20,000 bases of DNA. Origin: an uncultured virus (IMG/VR IMGVR_UViG_3300020463_002162). Taxonomy: Duplodnaviria > Heunggongvirae > Uroviricota > Caudoviricetes. Where the stretch lies: the IMG/VR virus record IMGVR_UViG_3300020463_002162; one strand, written 5' to 3'. The notes under the pieces are model-generated. The model did no database searches. It was not told where the DNA came from and was given only the letters and a program-made list of their open reading frames with translations. Position numbers and translations under genes: made by a program. Positions 7,618-15,132 of this stretch are shown here, piece by piece. Position 1 is the stretch's first letter, and the number at the start of each line of letters is the position of its first letter.

Positions 7618-7833
7618 ATGAAACAATTTTTTTGGGCCTTATTGATAATCTTGGTATTCGTACCAGCAAGTATTTTCGTAGCAACATTACTATGGAATAT
7701 GGTACTAGTTCAAGTAGTTACATGGGCTAACCCAATTAACTTTTGGCAAATGTTTGGATTAATGGCATTATTGTACTTAATCTGGCCTGGCACAAAAGTA
7801 GGAATTAATAATAAGAATAAAAACAATGTCTAA
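7618..7833 (+). CDS. small membrane protein (2 TM)
   Basis: Hydrophobic 71 aa with LWN...INFWQMFGL pattern; downstream of the promoter. Confidence 0.7.
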   Translation: MKQFFWALLIILVFVPASIFVATLLWNMVLVQVVTWANPINFWQMFGLMALLYLIWPGTKVGINNKNKNNV

Positions 7834-8284
7834 GAAAATCATCTATTTTGATATGGACGGAGTCCTAGTAGATTTAGCAGCAAAGATTGCTACTTACTCT
7901 AAGGACTTTATTGATGCATGTCAAAAAGATGACACTGTAGACTGTATACCTGATTTATTCTTAGACCCACCTCCAATGGCAGGTGCTGTAGATGCATTCA
8001 ACAAGTTTGTCAAGTCTGACAAATATGATGTTTACATTCTAAGTACAGCTCCATGGAATAATCCAGATGCTTGGATGCAAAAAAGAAGGTGGGTTATGAA
8101 GCATCTAGGAGATGGTGCTTACAAAAGACTAATTCTCTCTCATAATAAACATTTGAATATGGGAGACTATTTAGTAGATGACAGAACCAAGAATGGTGCT
8201 GGTGATTTTACTGGAAAGCTAATTCAATTCGGCAGTGATAAATTTCCGGATTGGGATAGTGTGTTGAACTACTTAAAACCTTAA
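7826..8284 (+). CDS. 5'(3')-deoxyribonucleotidase (NT5C family, HAD)
   Basis: YFDMDGVLVD, ILSTAPW, KRLILSHNKHLNMGDYLVDDR, FPDWDSV. Confidence 0.9.
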   Translation: MSKKIIYFDMDGVLVDLAAKIATYSKDFIDACQKDDTVDCIPDLFLDPPPMAGAVDAFNKFVKSDKYDVYILSTAPWNNPDAWMQKRRWVMKHLGDGAYKRLILSHNKHLNMGDYLVDDRTKNGAGDFTGKLIQFGSDKFPDWDSVLNYLKP

Positions 8285-8285
8285 T

Positions 8286-8540
8286 ATGGACTTTGAACCT
8301 AAATGGACTTTTAAAGAAAACATGGACCACATCTTTGATGTAGTTAAAAAAGCTGCGGCAGTTATCAAATCTTGTAAGAACACTACACATTTAGTAGGTG
8401 CCGAAAATTATGTCAAGAATGTCAGGCGATACCTAAACTTCTTTGAAAAGTCTGCAAGACAACAAGAATTTTGTGACAAGCAATTAAATGAGTTTGAAAA
8501 AATGATTAGAATTAAAAATAAACAATATCTTGTCGATTAA
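8286..8540 (+). CDS. hypothetical protein
   Basis: 84-aa ORF tightly packed in the operon. Confidence 0.65.
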   Translation: MDFEPKWTFKENMDHIFDVVKKAAAVIKSCKNTTHLVGAENYVKNVRRYLNFFEKSARQQEFCDKQLNEFEKMIRIKNKQYLVD

Positions 8541-9114
8541 GAGATGGACACAGACCGATATAGAATTATCTTCTGAATTCTTAAAAGCTCCTCATTTTTG
8601 TAAACATCCCGGCGGGCAAGAAATCATGCATAAATGGGAAACTCCTATAATGGAGCTAGATGCAAAACACTTATGTAGAGGCGGAGGTAGTATTCTAAAT
8701 ATAGGATATGGTATGGGTATTATTGATGGTTTCATTAGAGACTATAAGCCTGACAAACATACTATTATTGAAGTACATCCACAGCTTGTAAGGAATGCTA
8801 AAGCTGCAGGCTATGAGAATGTATTGGAAGGAGATTGGATTGATATTGTCAAGAATATGACAGAACAATTTGATGCAATATATTTTGATACTTATTGTTT
8901 TGACAGAGATGATTGGGCTATTTTTACAAAGGACTATGCAGATAGACTTTTAAAACCAGGAGGTAGATTTAGCTATTTTAATCGTGATGCTGCAAAACAA
9001 CAAAAAGTATCAGACTTATGTGAGGCTAAAGGTTGGAAGCCACATGTGGAGACTATTCAGTTTTCCAGAAGCCAGTGGTATTATTCTATTGTTTGGCATA
9101 AATCTGCAAAATAA
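8530..9114 (+). CDS. class I SAM-dependent methyltransferase, Rmt2/guanidinoacetate methyltransferase-like
   Basis: IMHKWETPIM, ILNIGYGMGIID (motif I), HTIIEVHP, FDAIYFDTY, LLKPGGRFSYFN. Confidence 0.8.
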   Translation: MSIKRWTQTDIELSSEFLKAPHFCKHPGGQEIMHKWETPIMELDAKHLCRGGGSILNIGYGMGIIDGFIRDYKPDKHTIIEVHPQLVRNAKAAGYENVLEGDWIDIVKNMTEQFDAIYFDTYCFDRDDWAIFTKDYADRLLKPGGRFSYFNRDAAKQQKVSDLCEAKGWKPHVETIQFSRSQWYYSIVWHKSAK

Positions 9115-9165
9115 TTGCCTCTAGATTTTTCTATGTCAGAAAAATTGATTATATTAGTACTGTAA
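9106..9165 (+). promoter_or_regulatory. repeated promoter-like element, copy 3
   Basis: GCAAAATAA TTGCCTCTAGA TTTTTC TA TGTCAGA N9 TATATTAGTACTGTAA. Confidence 0.85.
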
Positions 9166-9175
9166 ATAAAACACT

Positions 9176-9637
9176 ATGAAAAAGAAAGTAATTTTTGACC
9201 TCGACGGAACTTTAGCTCTTATTGATGATAGGAGAAAGATTTCTAAGAAGCCAGATGGCAAGATGGATTGGGATGTATTCTTCGATCCTAAGAACATTGA
9301 CCTTGACCAACCGAACCATGCAGTAATTGCTATGGCTCAAATGCTTGATGCAGCTGGCCACATGATTGTTATTCTTAGTGGTAGAAGTAAAGCTACTAAA
9401 GATGCTACTAGAGCTTGGTTGAAAAAGCACAATGTACCGTTTGATGTACTAAAGATGAGACCTACTTCTAAAGATTTCATGTTCATGCCTGATGACAAGC
9501 TTAAGCAAATGTGGCTTGACAGTTTATTCAATGACAAAAATGATATTGTTTGTGTCTTTGACGACAGACAAAAGGTTGTGGATATGTGGAGAAGCAATGG
9601 CTTAACCTGTATGCAGGTTGCGCCAGGTGACTTTTAA
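9176..9637 (+). CDS. HAD phosphatase resembling the T4 PNKP (PseT) C-terminal 3'-phosphatase domain
   Basis: IFDLDGTLA, LSGR, LKMRP, DDKLK, VFDDRQKVVDMWR.NGLTCMQVA.GDF. Confidence 0.88.
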   Translation: MKKKVIFDLDGTLALIDDRRKISKKPDGKMDWDVFFDPKNIDLDQPNHAVIAMAQMLDAAGHMIVILSGRSKATKDATRAWLKKHNVPFDVLKMRPTSKDFMFMPDDKLKQMWLDSLFNDKNDIVCVFDDRQKVVDMWRSNGLTCMQVAPGDF

Positions 9638-9750
9638 CGTCCCTGGCCCCTGTATGCCTTCTTGTAATTCTTAGACTTCTTAGAATTAGAATGATTGTTC
9701 TTACTATGAACTTGTGGTCGTTTCTTCTTTGGTTTATCTCTCAGAGCCAT
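9634..9750 (-). CDS. small very basic peptide ending in YRGQGR (38 aa), not in ORF track
   Basis: MALRDKPKKKRPQVHSKNNHSNSKKSKNYKKAYRGQGR*; stop overlaps the convergent stop of the phosphatase; GATATATAG upstream on the minus strand. Confidence 0.75.
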   Translation of the reverse strand: MALRDKPKKKRPQVHSKNNHSNSKKSKNYKKAYRGQGR

Positions 9751-9779
9751 CACTATTAGTATATTTTTTATGTTAAAAC

Positions 9780-9788
9780 CTATATATC
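9780..9788 (-). promoter_or_regulatory. putative late promoter motif (GATATATAG) on the minus strand
   Basis: CTATATATC on the plus strand, 29 nt upstream of the YRGQGR ORF. Confidence 0.5.
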
Positions 9789-9812
9789 TTCAAGAATTGT
9801 TAACAACTTTTT

Positions 9813-9872
9813 GCAAAATAGTTGCCTCTAGATTTTTCTATGTCAGATATTTTTATTATATTAGTACTGTAA
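9813..9872 (+). promoter_or_regulatory. repeated promoter-like element, copy 4
   Basis: 55/60 identical to copy 3; ATG follows at 9889. Confidence 0.85.
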
Positions 9873-9888
9873 TTAAAACGATAAAACA

Positions 9889-10191
9889 ATGAACAAAATT
9901 TTAACTTTCCCATTCAGACACCCACTTGGCGACTGTACTAACAATGGTCTTACTTCAGTAGGTGACAACTTCGAACTTTATTTCGACAATGACAATTTGG
10001 ACTCTGTTCCAAACGATTCACTTGTCCTAATTAAAAGGACTTTGTTTGGTAAACCTGCTTGGTATGCAAAACCTGCATCACTTGTAAAATCTAATACTCA
10101 CTCTATGATGGGTGGTAACTTCATCTACACTTCAGATTCAAGATTTCCTGGCGATGCTCCAATTCCTGTTCACGATAGAGTAGAAGCCTAA
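9889..10191 (+). CDS. conserved-looking phage hypothetical protein
   Basis: GDCTNNGLTS...MMGGNFIYTSDSRF...PIPVHDRVE pattern; directly after the promoter. Confidence 0.7.
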   Translation: MNKILTFPFRHPLGDCTNNGLTSVGDNFELYFDNDNLDSVPNDSLVLIKRTLFGKPAWYAKPASLVKSNTHSMMGGNFIYTSDSRFPGDAPIPVHDRVEA

Positions 10192-10403
10192 TGACAGATT
10201 TTTATACACATCCAAAAGGTACTTCATGGTACTACAGAGAAATGGGTTCCAGAAATAAGAAGACTGGAAAGCTAAACTATTACAATGTCAAAGTGACAGA
10301 CTATAAAATTGTAGACTGTAACTGTATGGCAAGAGAGTTCAGGCCGTACTCTCCATGTAAACACATGAAAAGATTACATGAAAAAATTGGCCATAGTTTG
10401 TAA
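10191..10403 (+). CDS. SWIM zinc-finger protein
   Basis: CxC-x10-CxH (CNCMAREFRPYSPCKH). Confidence 0.75.
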   Translation: MTDFYTHPKGTSWYYREMGSRNKKTGKLNYYNVKVTDYKIVDCNCMAREFRPYSPCKHMKRLHEKIGHSL

Positions 10404-10433
10404 ATTTACGAAAAAGCATGTAATTATACTAAT

Positions 10434-10952
10434 ATGGAAGCAATACAACAAATACAATCACTTCTGCAGGAAGCAGAACAGATAGCAAAAGAAGACTTAG
10501 GCTTAGACAATATATTCTACAACGAGAGGTTCGTAGAGATGTTTATGGCTAATCATTTAGGACACGAGTATGGTAACAATACTCAGGGTGGCGATGCCTT
10601 AGATGCCACTGAAACGCCTACAGAATATAAGGCAATTAATCTTAGAAATAAAACTAAAGGTACGTTCCAGTTCCATTGGTTATCTAAGAATAAAATCAAG
10701 AAATATGCTGAGACTAATAATATGTACTTTGCAATTAGAGATGGTGTAACTATTAAGAAGATCTATGAAGTTCCTACTGAAGTTATCATGCCAGTCTTAG
10801 AAGCTAAAGCTACAAATTCAAAATCTATTAATGGTCATGCAGGTTTCAATGAGAAGAAATTAGTAAATGAGTTTAACGCAAAGCTAGTCTATGATGCAGA
10901 GAAATTCAACTGTGCATATTCTGGCTTAACATCACCAGCAGCCTATGAGTAA
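10434..10952 (+). CDS. PD-(D/E)xK endonuclease, PvuII-like
   Basis: GLDNIF..., QGGDALD...EYKAIN, KY...FAI..G..I..IY: colinear with R.PvuII as recalled (GINDIF, EGNDAVD...ELKSIN, FAIYRGIAIEAIY). Confidence 0.7.
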   Translation: MEAIQQIQSLLQEAEQIAKEDLGLDNIFYNERFVEMFMANHLGHEYGNNTQGGDALDATETPTEYKAINLRNKTKGTFQFHWLSKNKIKKYAETNNMYFAIRDGVTIKKIYEVPTEVIMPVLEAKATNSKSINGHAGFNEKKLVNEFNAKLVYDAEKFNCAYSGLTSPAAYE

Positions 10953-11205
10953 AAGTAAAACACCAATATCATTGCTGATCGAAGCAATGCAAGAAGAACT
11001 AGAAAGTAGCCCGAAAGAAGTTTGGCCAGGTATGGAATATGCAATAGAGATTGCTAAGAGAATGTTACCTGAAGAAAAGAAAATCATGTGTGATTTTGCA
11101 AACAATTGGGCAGATGCTAGAGAACAAACAGATAGAATGTACAATGATATTCCAGGGTTTGAAGGTACTCTGGATGCATTAGATGACTTAACCGATTTTT
11201 CATGA
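10945..11205 (+). CDS. acidic hypothetical protein
   Basis: 86-aa ORF overlapping both neighbours. Confidence 0.65.
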   Translation: MSKSKTPISLLIEAMQEELESSPKEVWPGMEYAIEIAKRMLPEEKKIMCDFANNWADAREQTDRMYNDIPGFEGTLDALDDLTDFS

Positions 11206-11561
11206 ATAAAATCTTAGTCTTAGGTATTTCACCAGGTTTTGCTGGTAGTCCACAGAAATCTATGTCTATTCAAAGAGTAAAGAGATGGATGGCTGAATGT
11301 GGCTACGAGCAGACTGACTACGATTGGAGAAATCTAGTCGATGAAGCAGGTAAAAACCCTAAGATGGGTGAAGTAACAATTGGTGTTGATGAGGTCGCTA
11401 AATATGACAAAGTAATATGTCTTGGAAATAAACCTGAACAATGGTGTAAATCTGTAAAGATAGAACATTTAAAAGTTCCACATCCATCTGGCTTAAATAG
11501 ACAGTGGAACAATCCCGAAACAGAAACTATAACAATTAATAATATTGGTGAGTATTTATGA
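11202..11561 (+). CDS. minimal uracil-DNA glycosylase-like superfamily protein
   Basis: ILVLGISPG (motif A-like), KVICLG, VPHPSGLNR (motif B HPS). Confidence 0.65.
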   Translation: MNKILVLGISPGFAGSPQKSMSIQRVKRWMAECGYEQTDYDWRNLVDEAGKNPKMGEVTIGVDEVAKYDKVICLGNKPEQWCKSVKIEHLKVPHPSGLNRQWNNPETETITINNIGEYL

Positions 11562-11662
11562 ATAAGGAATTTGAGTTAATTAGCGAAGAAGAATTTAATC
11601 AACTGATTATAGACGAATTATCGAAAGGTGTAGAAATAGAATTTATAGATTTAGATGAGTAG
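11558..11662 (+). CDS. very acidic small protein (34 aa), not in ORF track
   Basis: MNKEFELISEEEFNQLIIDELSKGVEIEFIDLDE*; ATGA overlap upstream, overlaps the next start. Confidence 0.6.
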   Translation: MNKEFELISEEEFNQLIIDELSKGVEIEFIDLDE

Positions 11663-12242
11663 ACAATTTACATGGTGGCGAAGATTCTGGGCAACAAGAA
11701 AGATGCCTAAGCAAATGCTGTATAAAGCTGCTAGTGAATTACAACAGAGAATTGAGTTCGGTGAATATGAAGTAGATGAACTCGGTAGAGAATATATGCT
11801 GGAAGAAGCAATCTTCGAACAGAAAGAAAAGGCTCTAAGAAAAGAAAAGCCATGGTTGACTGAAGAGTCTTACAGAGAACAGATTCATCCTATCAATAAA
11901 CAATATAGAAAAAGACAGCAATTAATTATGAAGGCTCATCTTCAAGCTGAACAAAAATTATTGTATAAACTGAGAGAAGAACTAAATAAAGAGTTTGGTA
12001 TCTCAACAGAAAGAATTACAGATGAAATGGAAGTATTCGACGGTACAACTAGAGAGTTTTACTTCTATATCAAATCAATAGCTCTGGGTAAAAAGTTTGA
12101 CCCTGATAAACAACAAAGACTAATACCTGAGCAACCAAGACACATACTAAAACCTAAAGAGAGAAAGTATGTAGATGTTTGGATGAAATTAGTAAAGAAA
12201 AACAAGTGGGAAGAGTTCTTAAATTGGAACAATTACCAATAA
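11655..12242 (+). CDS. hypothetical protein
   Basis: 195-aa helical, charged ORF. Confidence 0.7.
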   Translation: MSRQFTWWRRFWATRKMPKQMLYKAASELQQRIEFGEYEVDELGREYMLEEAIFEQKEKALRKEKPWLTEESYREQIHPINKQYRKRQQLIMKAHLQAEQKLLYKLREELNKEFGISTERITDEMEVFDGTTREFYFYIKSIALGKKFDPDKQQRLIPEQPRHILKPKERKYVDVWMKLVKKNKWEEFLNWNNYQ

Positions 12243-12251
12243 ATCACTATA

Positions 12252-13193
12252 ATGAATAAATCTAGCCTTATGACAAACTATGGATATTGTTGCATCAATA
12301 TGCAACTCAGAAAACAAAAACCATCTATCACTACAAATCGTAGTATGATTAAACGTACATTTATGGCTAAAGGTCCTGACTACGCTTCAGAACTTATTGT
12401 ACAAAACGTACGAGACCTACGTGAAATCATTAAATGGAATGAGGCTAACGGTATCAAACTTTATCGTATGTCTTCTGATATTATGCCGTGGATGTCAGAG
12501 TACAATATCTCAGATCTAAAAGACTTTAGAATTATTCGAACTATTCTAGAGGACTGTGGCGATCTGGCTAGGGAGTACGGACAGAGGATTACATTCCACC
12601 CTGGACCATTCGATGTCCTCGCATCACTAAATGAAAACGTTGTCACCAAATCTATTGCTGATCTCAACAAGCATGGTGAAATATTTGACCTTATGGGTCT
12701 ACCGCGTACTCCCTATGCTGCGATCAATATCCATGTCAATACTACACAAGGTGGTAAGGAAGAAGCTATGCAGAGATTCGTAGATGCATTCCACTTACTT
12801 GACCCTTCTGTTAAAAGCAGACTTGTAGTAGAAAATGACGACAAACAAAAACAATATGCTGTAGAAGATCTTTATCAAGGTATTCACAGCAAGATTGGTA
12901 TTCCTATTACATTCGACTACCATCACCACTGGTGTCACCCAGGTGAGTTGACTCAAGAAGAAGCACTTAAAATGGCTTCAACAACTTGGCCTAAGGACAT
13001 CAAGCAACTTTGCCACTACTCTTCGTGCAAGCAAATACACGAGGATGCTTCCGTAATGGCAAGGGCTCATGCTGATTATATCTATGAGCACATTAATACC
13101 TATGGTCTTAATTTAGACATTGAGTTAGAAGCTAAAGCCAAAGAATTGGCAGTTCAAAAATATGTGAAACAATTTGCATCACAGTTAGTATAA
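12252..13193 (+). CDS. uvsE: UV DNA damage repair endonuclease UvsE (UVDE)
   Basis: GYCCIN, LYRMSSD, RITFHPG.F.VL.S, RLVVENDDK, IPITFDYHHH, RAHADY, ELEAKAKELA. Confidence 0.95.
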   Translation: MNKSSLMTNYGYCCINMQLRKQKPSITTNRSMIKRTFMAKGPDYASELIVQNVRDLREIIKWNEANGIKLYRMSSDIMPWMSEYNISDLKDFRIIRTILEDCGDLAREYGQRITFHPGPFDVLASLNENVVTKSIADLNKHGEIFDLMGLPRTPYAAINIHVNTTQGGKEEAMQRFVDAFHLLDPSVKSRLVVENDDKQKQYAVEDLYQGIHSKIGIPITFDYHHHWCHPGELTQEEALKMASTTWPKDIKQLCHYSSCKQIHEDASVMARAHADYIYEHINTYGLNLDIELEAKAKELAVQKYVKQFASQLV

Positions 13194-13212
13194 CCCTTAA
13201 ATAACATTATCT

Positions 13213-13422
13213 ATGATAAAAGTTTTAAACTCTTTAAAATCAGGTCTTAACCTAGTAGTAAGTTCAGTAATTCATCAATGGTTCTATGTAATAGGTCTAT
13301 TGTGGATGGGGGCATCTTTCCTTTATATCGGAGAGCCTCATTTTTGGAATGTATTAGGTTTCGCGATCCTGTTTACTGGAATTCAAAATGTAATCAATGA
13401 AATTAAATTAAATTCGAATTAA
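13213..13422 (+). CDS. small membrane protein
   Basis: Two hydrophobic segments in 69 aa. Confidence 0.6.
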   Translation: MIKVLNSLKSGLNLVVSSVIHQWFYVIGLLWMGASFLYIGEPHFWNVLGFAILFTGIQNVINEIKLNSN

Positions 13423-13423
13423 T

Positions 13424-13672
13424 ATGAACCTAAAAGTAGATGCTTTAAGAGCTAAGTACCAAGCAGAAAAGCTCGAAGCAATTGCAACCCTTGAAGTTTA
13501 CTCCACAAATGCAGTCGGTATTGGTGAACACCCGCAAATCATCAATGAAATGGATAAACTGGTCAGAAAAGTCGCTGATGTCGACGGATGCCTAGAGGCA
13601 TTAGACCAGATCTTTATCAAAACTGGAGACGGCGATACAAATGTAACTCAAGAGGGCTCCGTAAATAGTTGA
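13424..13672 (+). CDS. conserved phage hypothetical protein (VGIGEHP motif)
   Basis: Helical hairpin with LEVY...VGIGEHPQII.EMDKL. Confidence 0.7.
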   Translation: MNLKVDALRAKYQAEKLEAIATLEVYSTNAVGIGEHPQIINEMDKLVRKVADVDGCLEALDQIFIKTGDGDTNVTQEGSVNS

Positions 13673-13706
13673 TTTATTTAGGCTAGACATAGACAACTTA
13701 AGGAGC

Positions 13707-13737
13707 AAGAGGTCCCAAACGTGGGGCCTCTTTTTTT
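13707..13737 (+). terminator. rho-independent terminator
   Basis: AAGAGGTCCCA-AACG-TGGGGCCTCTT plus T-run. Confidence 0.85.
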
Positions 13738-13739
13738 GT

Positions 13740-13748
13740 GATATATAA
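13740..13748 (+). promoter_or_regulatory. putative late promoter motif GATATATAA
   Basis: Directly after the terminator and 3 nt before ATG 13752. Confidence 0.65.
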
Positions 13749-13751
13749 TAA

Positions 13752-15110
13752 ATGAAGTATATCCAACCTCTACATGAAGCCGATAAAAGAATTCCTAGAA
13801 AGAAGGGACAGAAGGCTAAGTCAGATAAACATTCAGATCTTTATACGGATGAAGATCCGAAAGGCACTATCCATGGCTTAGGTTTTAAAGACGCCCAGAA
13901 AGCAGAAGACAGCATAAAGATTATTAAGAAAGTAGATAGAGAACATGCCCATAAAGTTCAAGCAACTCTTGTTATGCAACAGAGAGCTAAAGTTGCTATT
14001 GAGAGAACTAAAGATCCTGAGAAGAAAAAGAACTTAAAAGCAGCTTATGAGATTTGGACTAAATTCTTAGAAGAGATGAAAAAGAAAACTCAAGAACTAA
14101 AAGAGTCTTGGACTGGCCAAGAAGTTGCTGACCATATTAAATACATTACTCCAGACGATAGTGATATTCCTGATTACTTTATTGACAAGTATGTTTTACC
14201 TAACGATGGTTGGCAGAACAAGCCAATTAAACTAAAGAACTTACTAAAAGACAGAGACTTTAAAGCGTACTATAAATCTGGTGAAGAGAGATATGATGAG
14301 TATGATGTGAGCGGTGATGACCTATATCAAGAATTAGTTGTATATAAAGGTCAATTATTAGATGGTTATTCTAGAGCAGCGAGAATGTTGAGGAATGGTG
14401 AAAAGACTGCAGCAGCTTTCATAATAGAGAGTAATTATGTAATGGACTTAGAGTTATTTGAAAGATATACTAAATTAGATTCTGTCTCAAATAAATTATT
14501 AGGTGATGTATTTAGACAATGGGTATTAGACTATAAGAATGGTAAGAGGTCTTCTCACTATTCATTTAGTGTAGAGAACCCAAAATTAACTTTTGATTTA
14601 GATTGTAGAATTTATTTTAAAGGTAAAGGTTTTGAAGTCTTAGATTCTACTGGAGCTGATGCAAGAGATGAAGATGGCGATGGCGATTGGCAAGATCCGT
14701 TTATCAATATAGACTTTGCTTGTAATCCAGAGTGGTTGCCTACATATTGGTCAGAAATTTACTTCCACTTAGCAGATGTTCTAAGACATGAGATCGAACA
14801 TATTACTCAAGATGGTATTGATATTGGTAATTATAGAAAGGGTAAACCTAATGAACCAGATGATGAGCTAAGAGCCATGATTAAGAGTGGTATTATACCT
14901 AAGTACTACTATATGCTTTTAGCTAAAGAAGTAGACGCAAATCTACAAGGCTTAAGGTTTGAAGCCAAGAAGAGAAAAGAGAAAACAATTGATGCTGCGA
15001 ATAGATATTTAGACCAAAAGATAGACATGGGTCAAATAACATCAGAAGAAAAAGAAATTGTCCTACTCAAATGGGCAGCAAGAGCTAAACAATTAGGCTT
15101 TAAATTATGA
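13752..15110 (+). CDS. multi-module protein: MKY..HE leader, unknown domain, ParB/Srx-like domain, HExxH zincin-like domain
   Basis: MKYIQPLHE; LLDGYSR (about aa 202-208); LRHEIEH (H346-H350) with downstream KEVDA. Confidence 0.7.
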   Translation: MKYIQPLHEADKRIPRKKGQKAKSDKHSDLYTDEDPKGTIHGLGFKDAQKAEDSIKIIKKVDREHAHKVQATLVMQQRAKVAIERTKDPEKKKNLKAAYEIWTKFLEEMKKKTQELKESWTGQEVADHIKYITPDDSDIPDYFIDKYVLPNDGWQNKPIKLKNLLKDRDFKAYYKSGEERYDEYDVSGDDLYQELVVYKGQLLDGYSRAARMLRNGEKTAAAFIIESNYVMDLELFERYTKLDSVSNKLLGDVFRQWVLDYKNGKRSSHYSFSVENPKLTFDLDCRIYFKGKGFEVLDSTGADARDEDGDGDWQDPFINIDFACNPEWLPTYWSEIYFHLADVLRHEIEHITQDGIDIGNYRKGKPNEPDDELRAMIKSGIIPKYYYMLLAKEVDANLQGLRFEAKKRKEKTIDAANRYLDQKIDMGQITSEEKEIVLLKWAARAKQLGFKL

Positions 15111-15132
15111 AAAGGAGACAGATAAATAGAAT

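Noticed and set aside
1505..9872. Repeats as a CRISPR array or IS ends
   Set aside because: Copies are dispersed 0.7-6 kb apart, each before a gene; no regular spacers, cas genes or transposase
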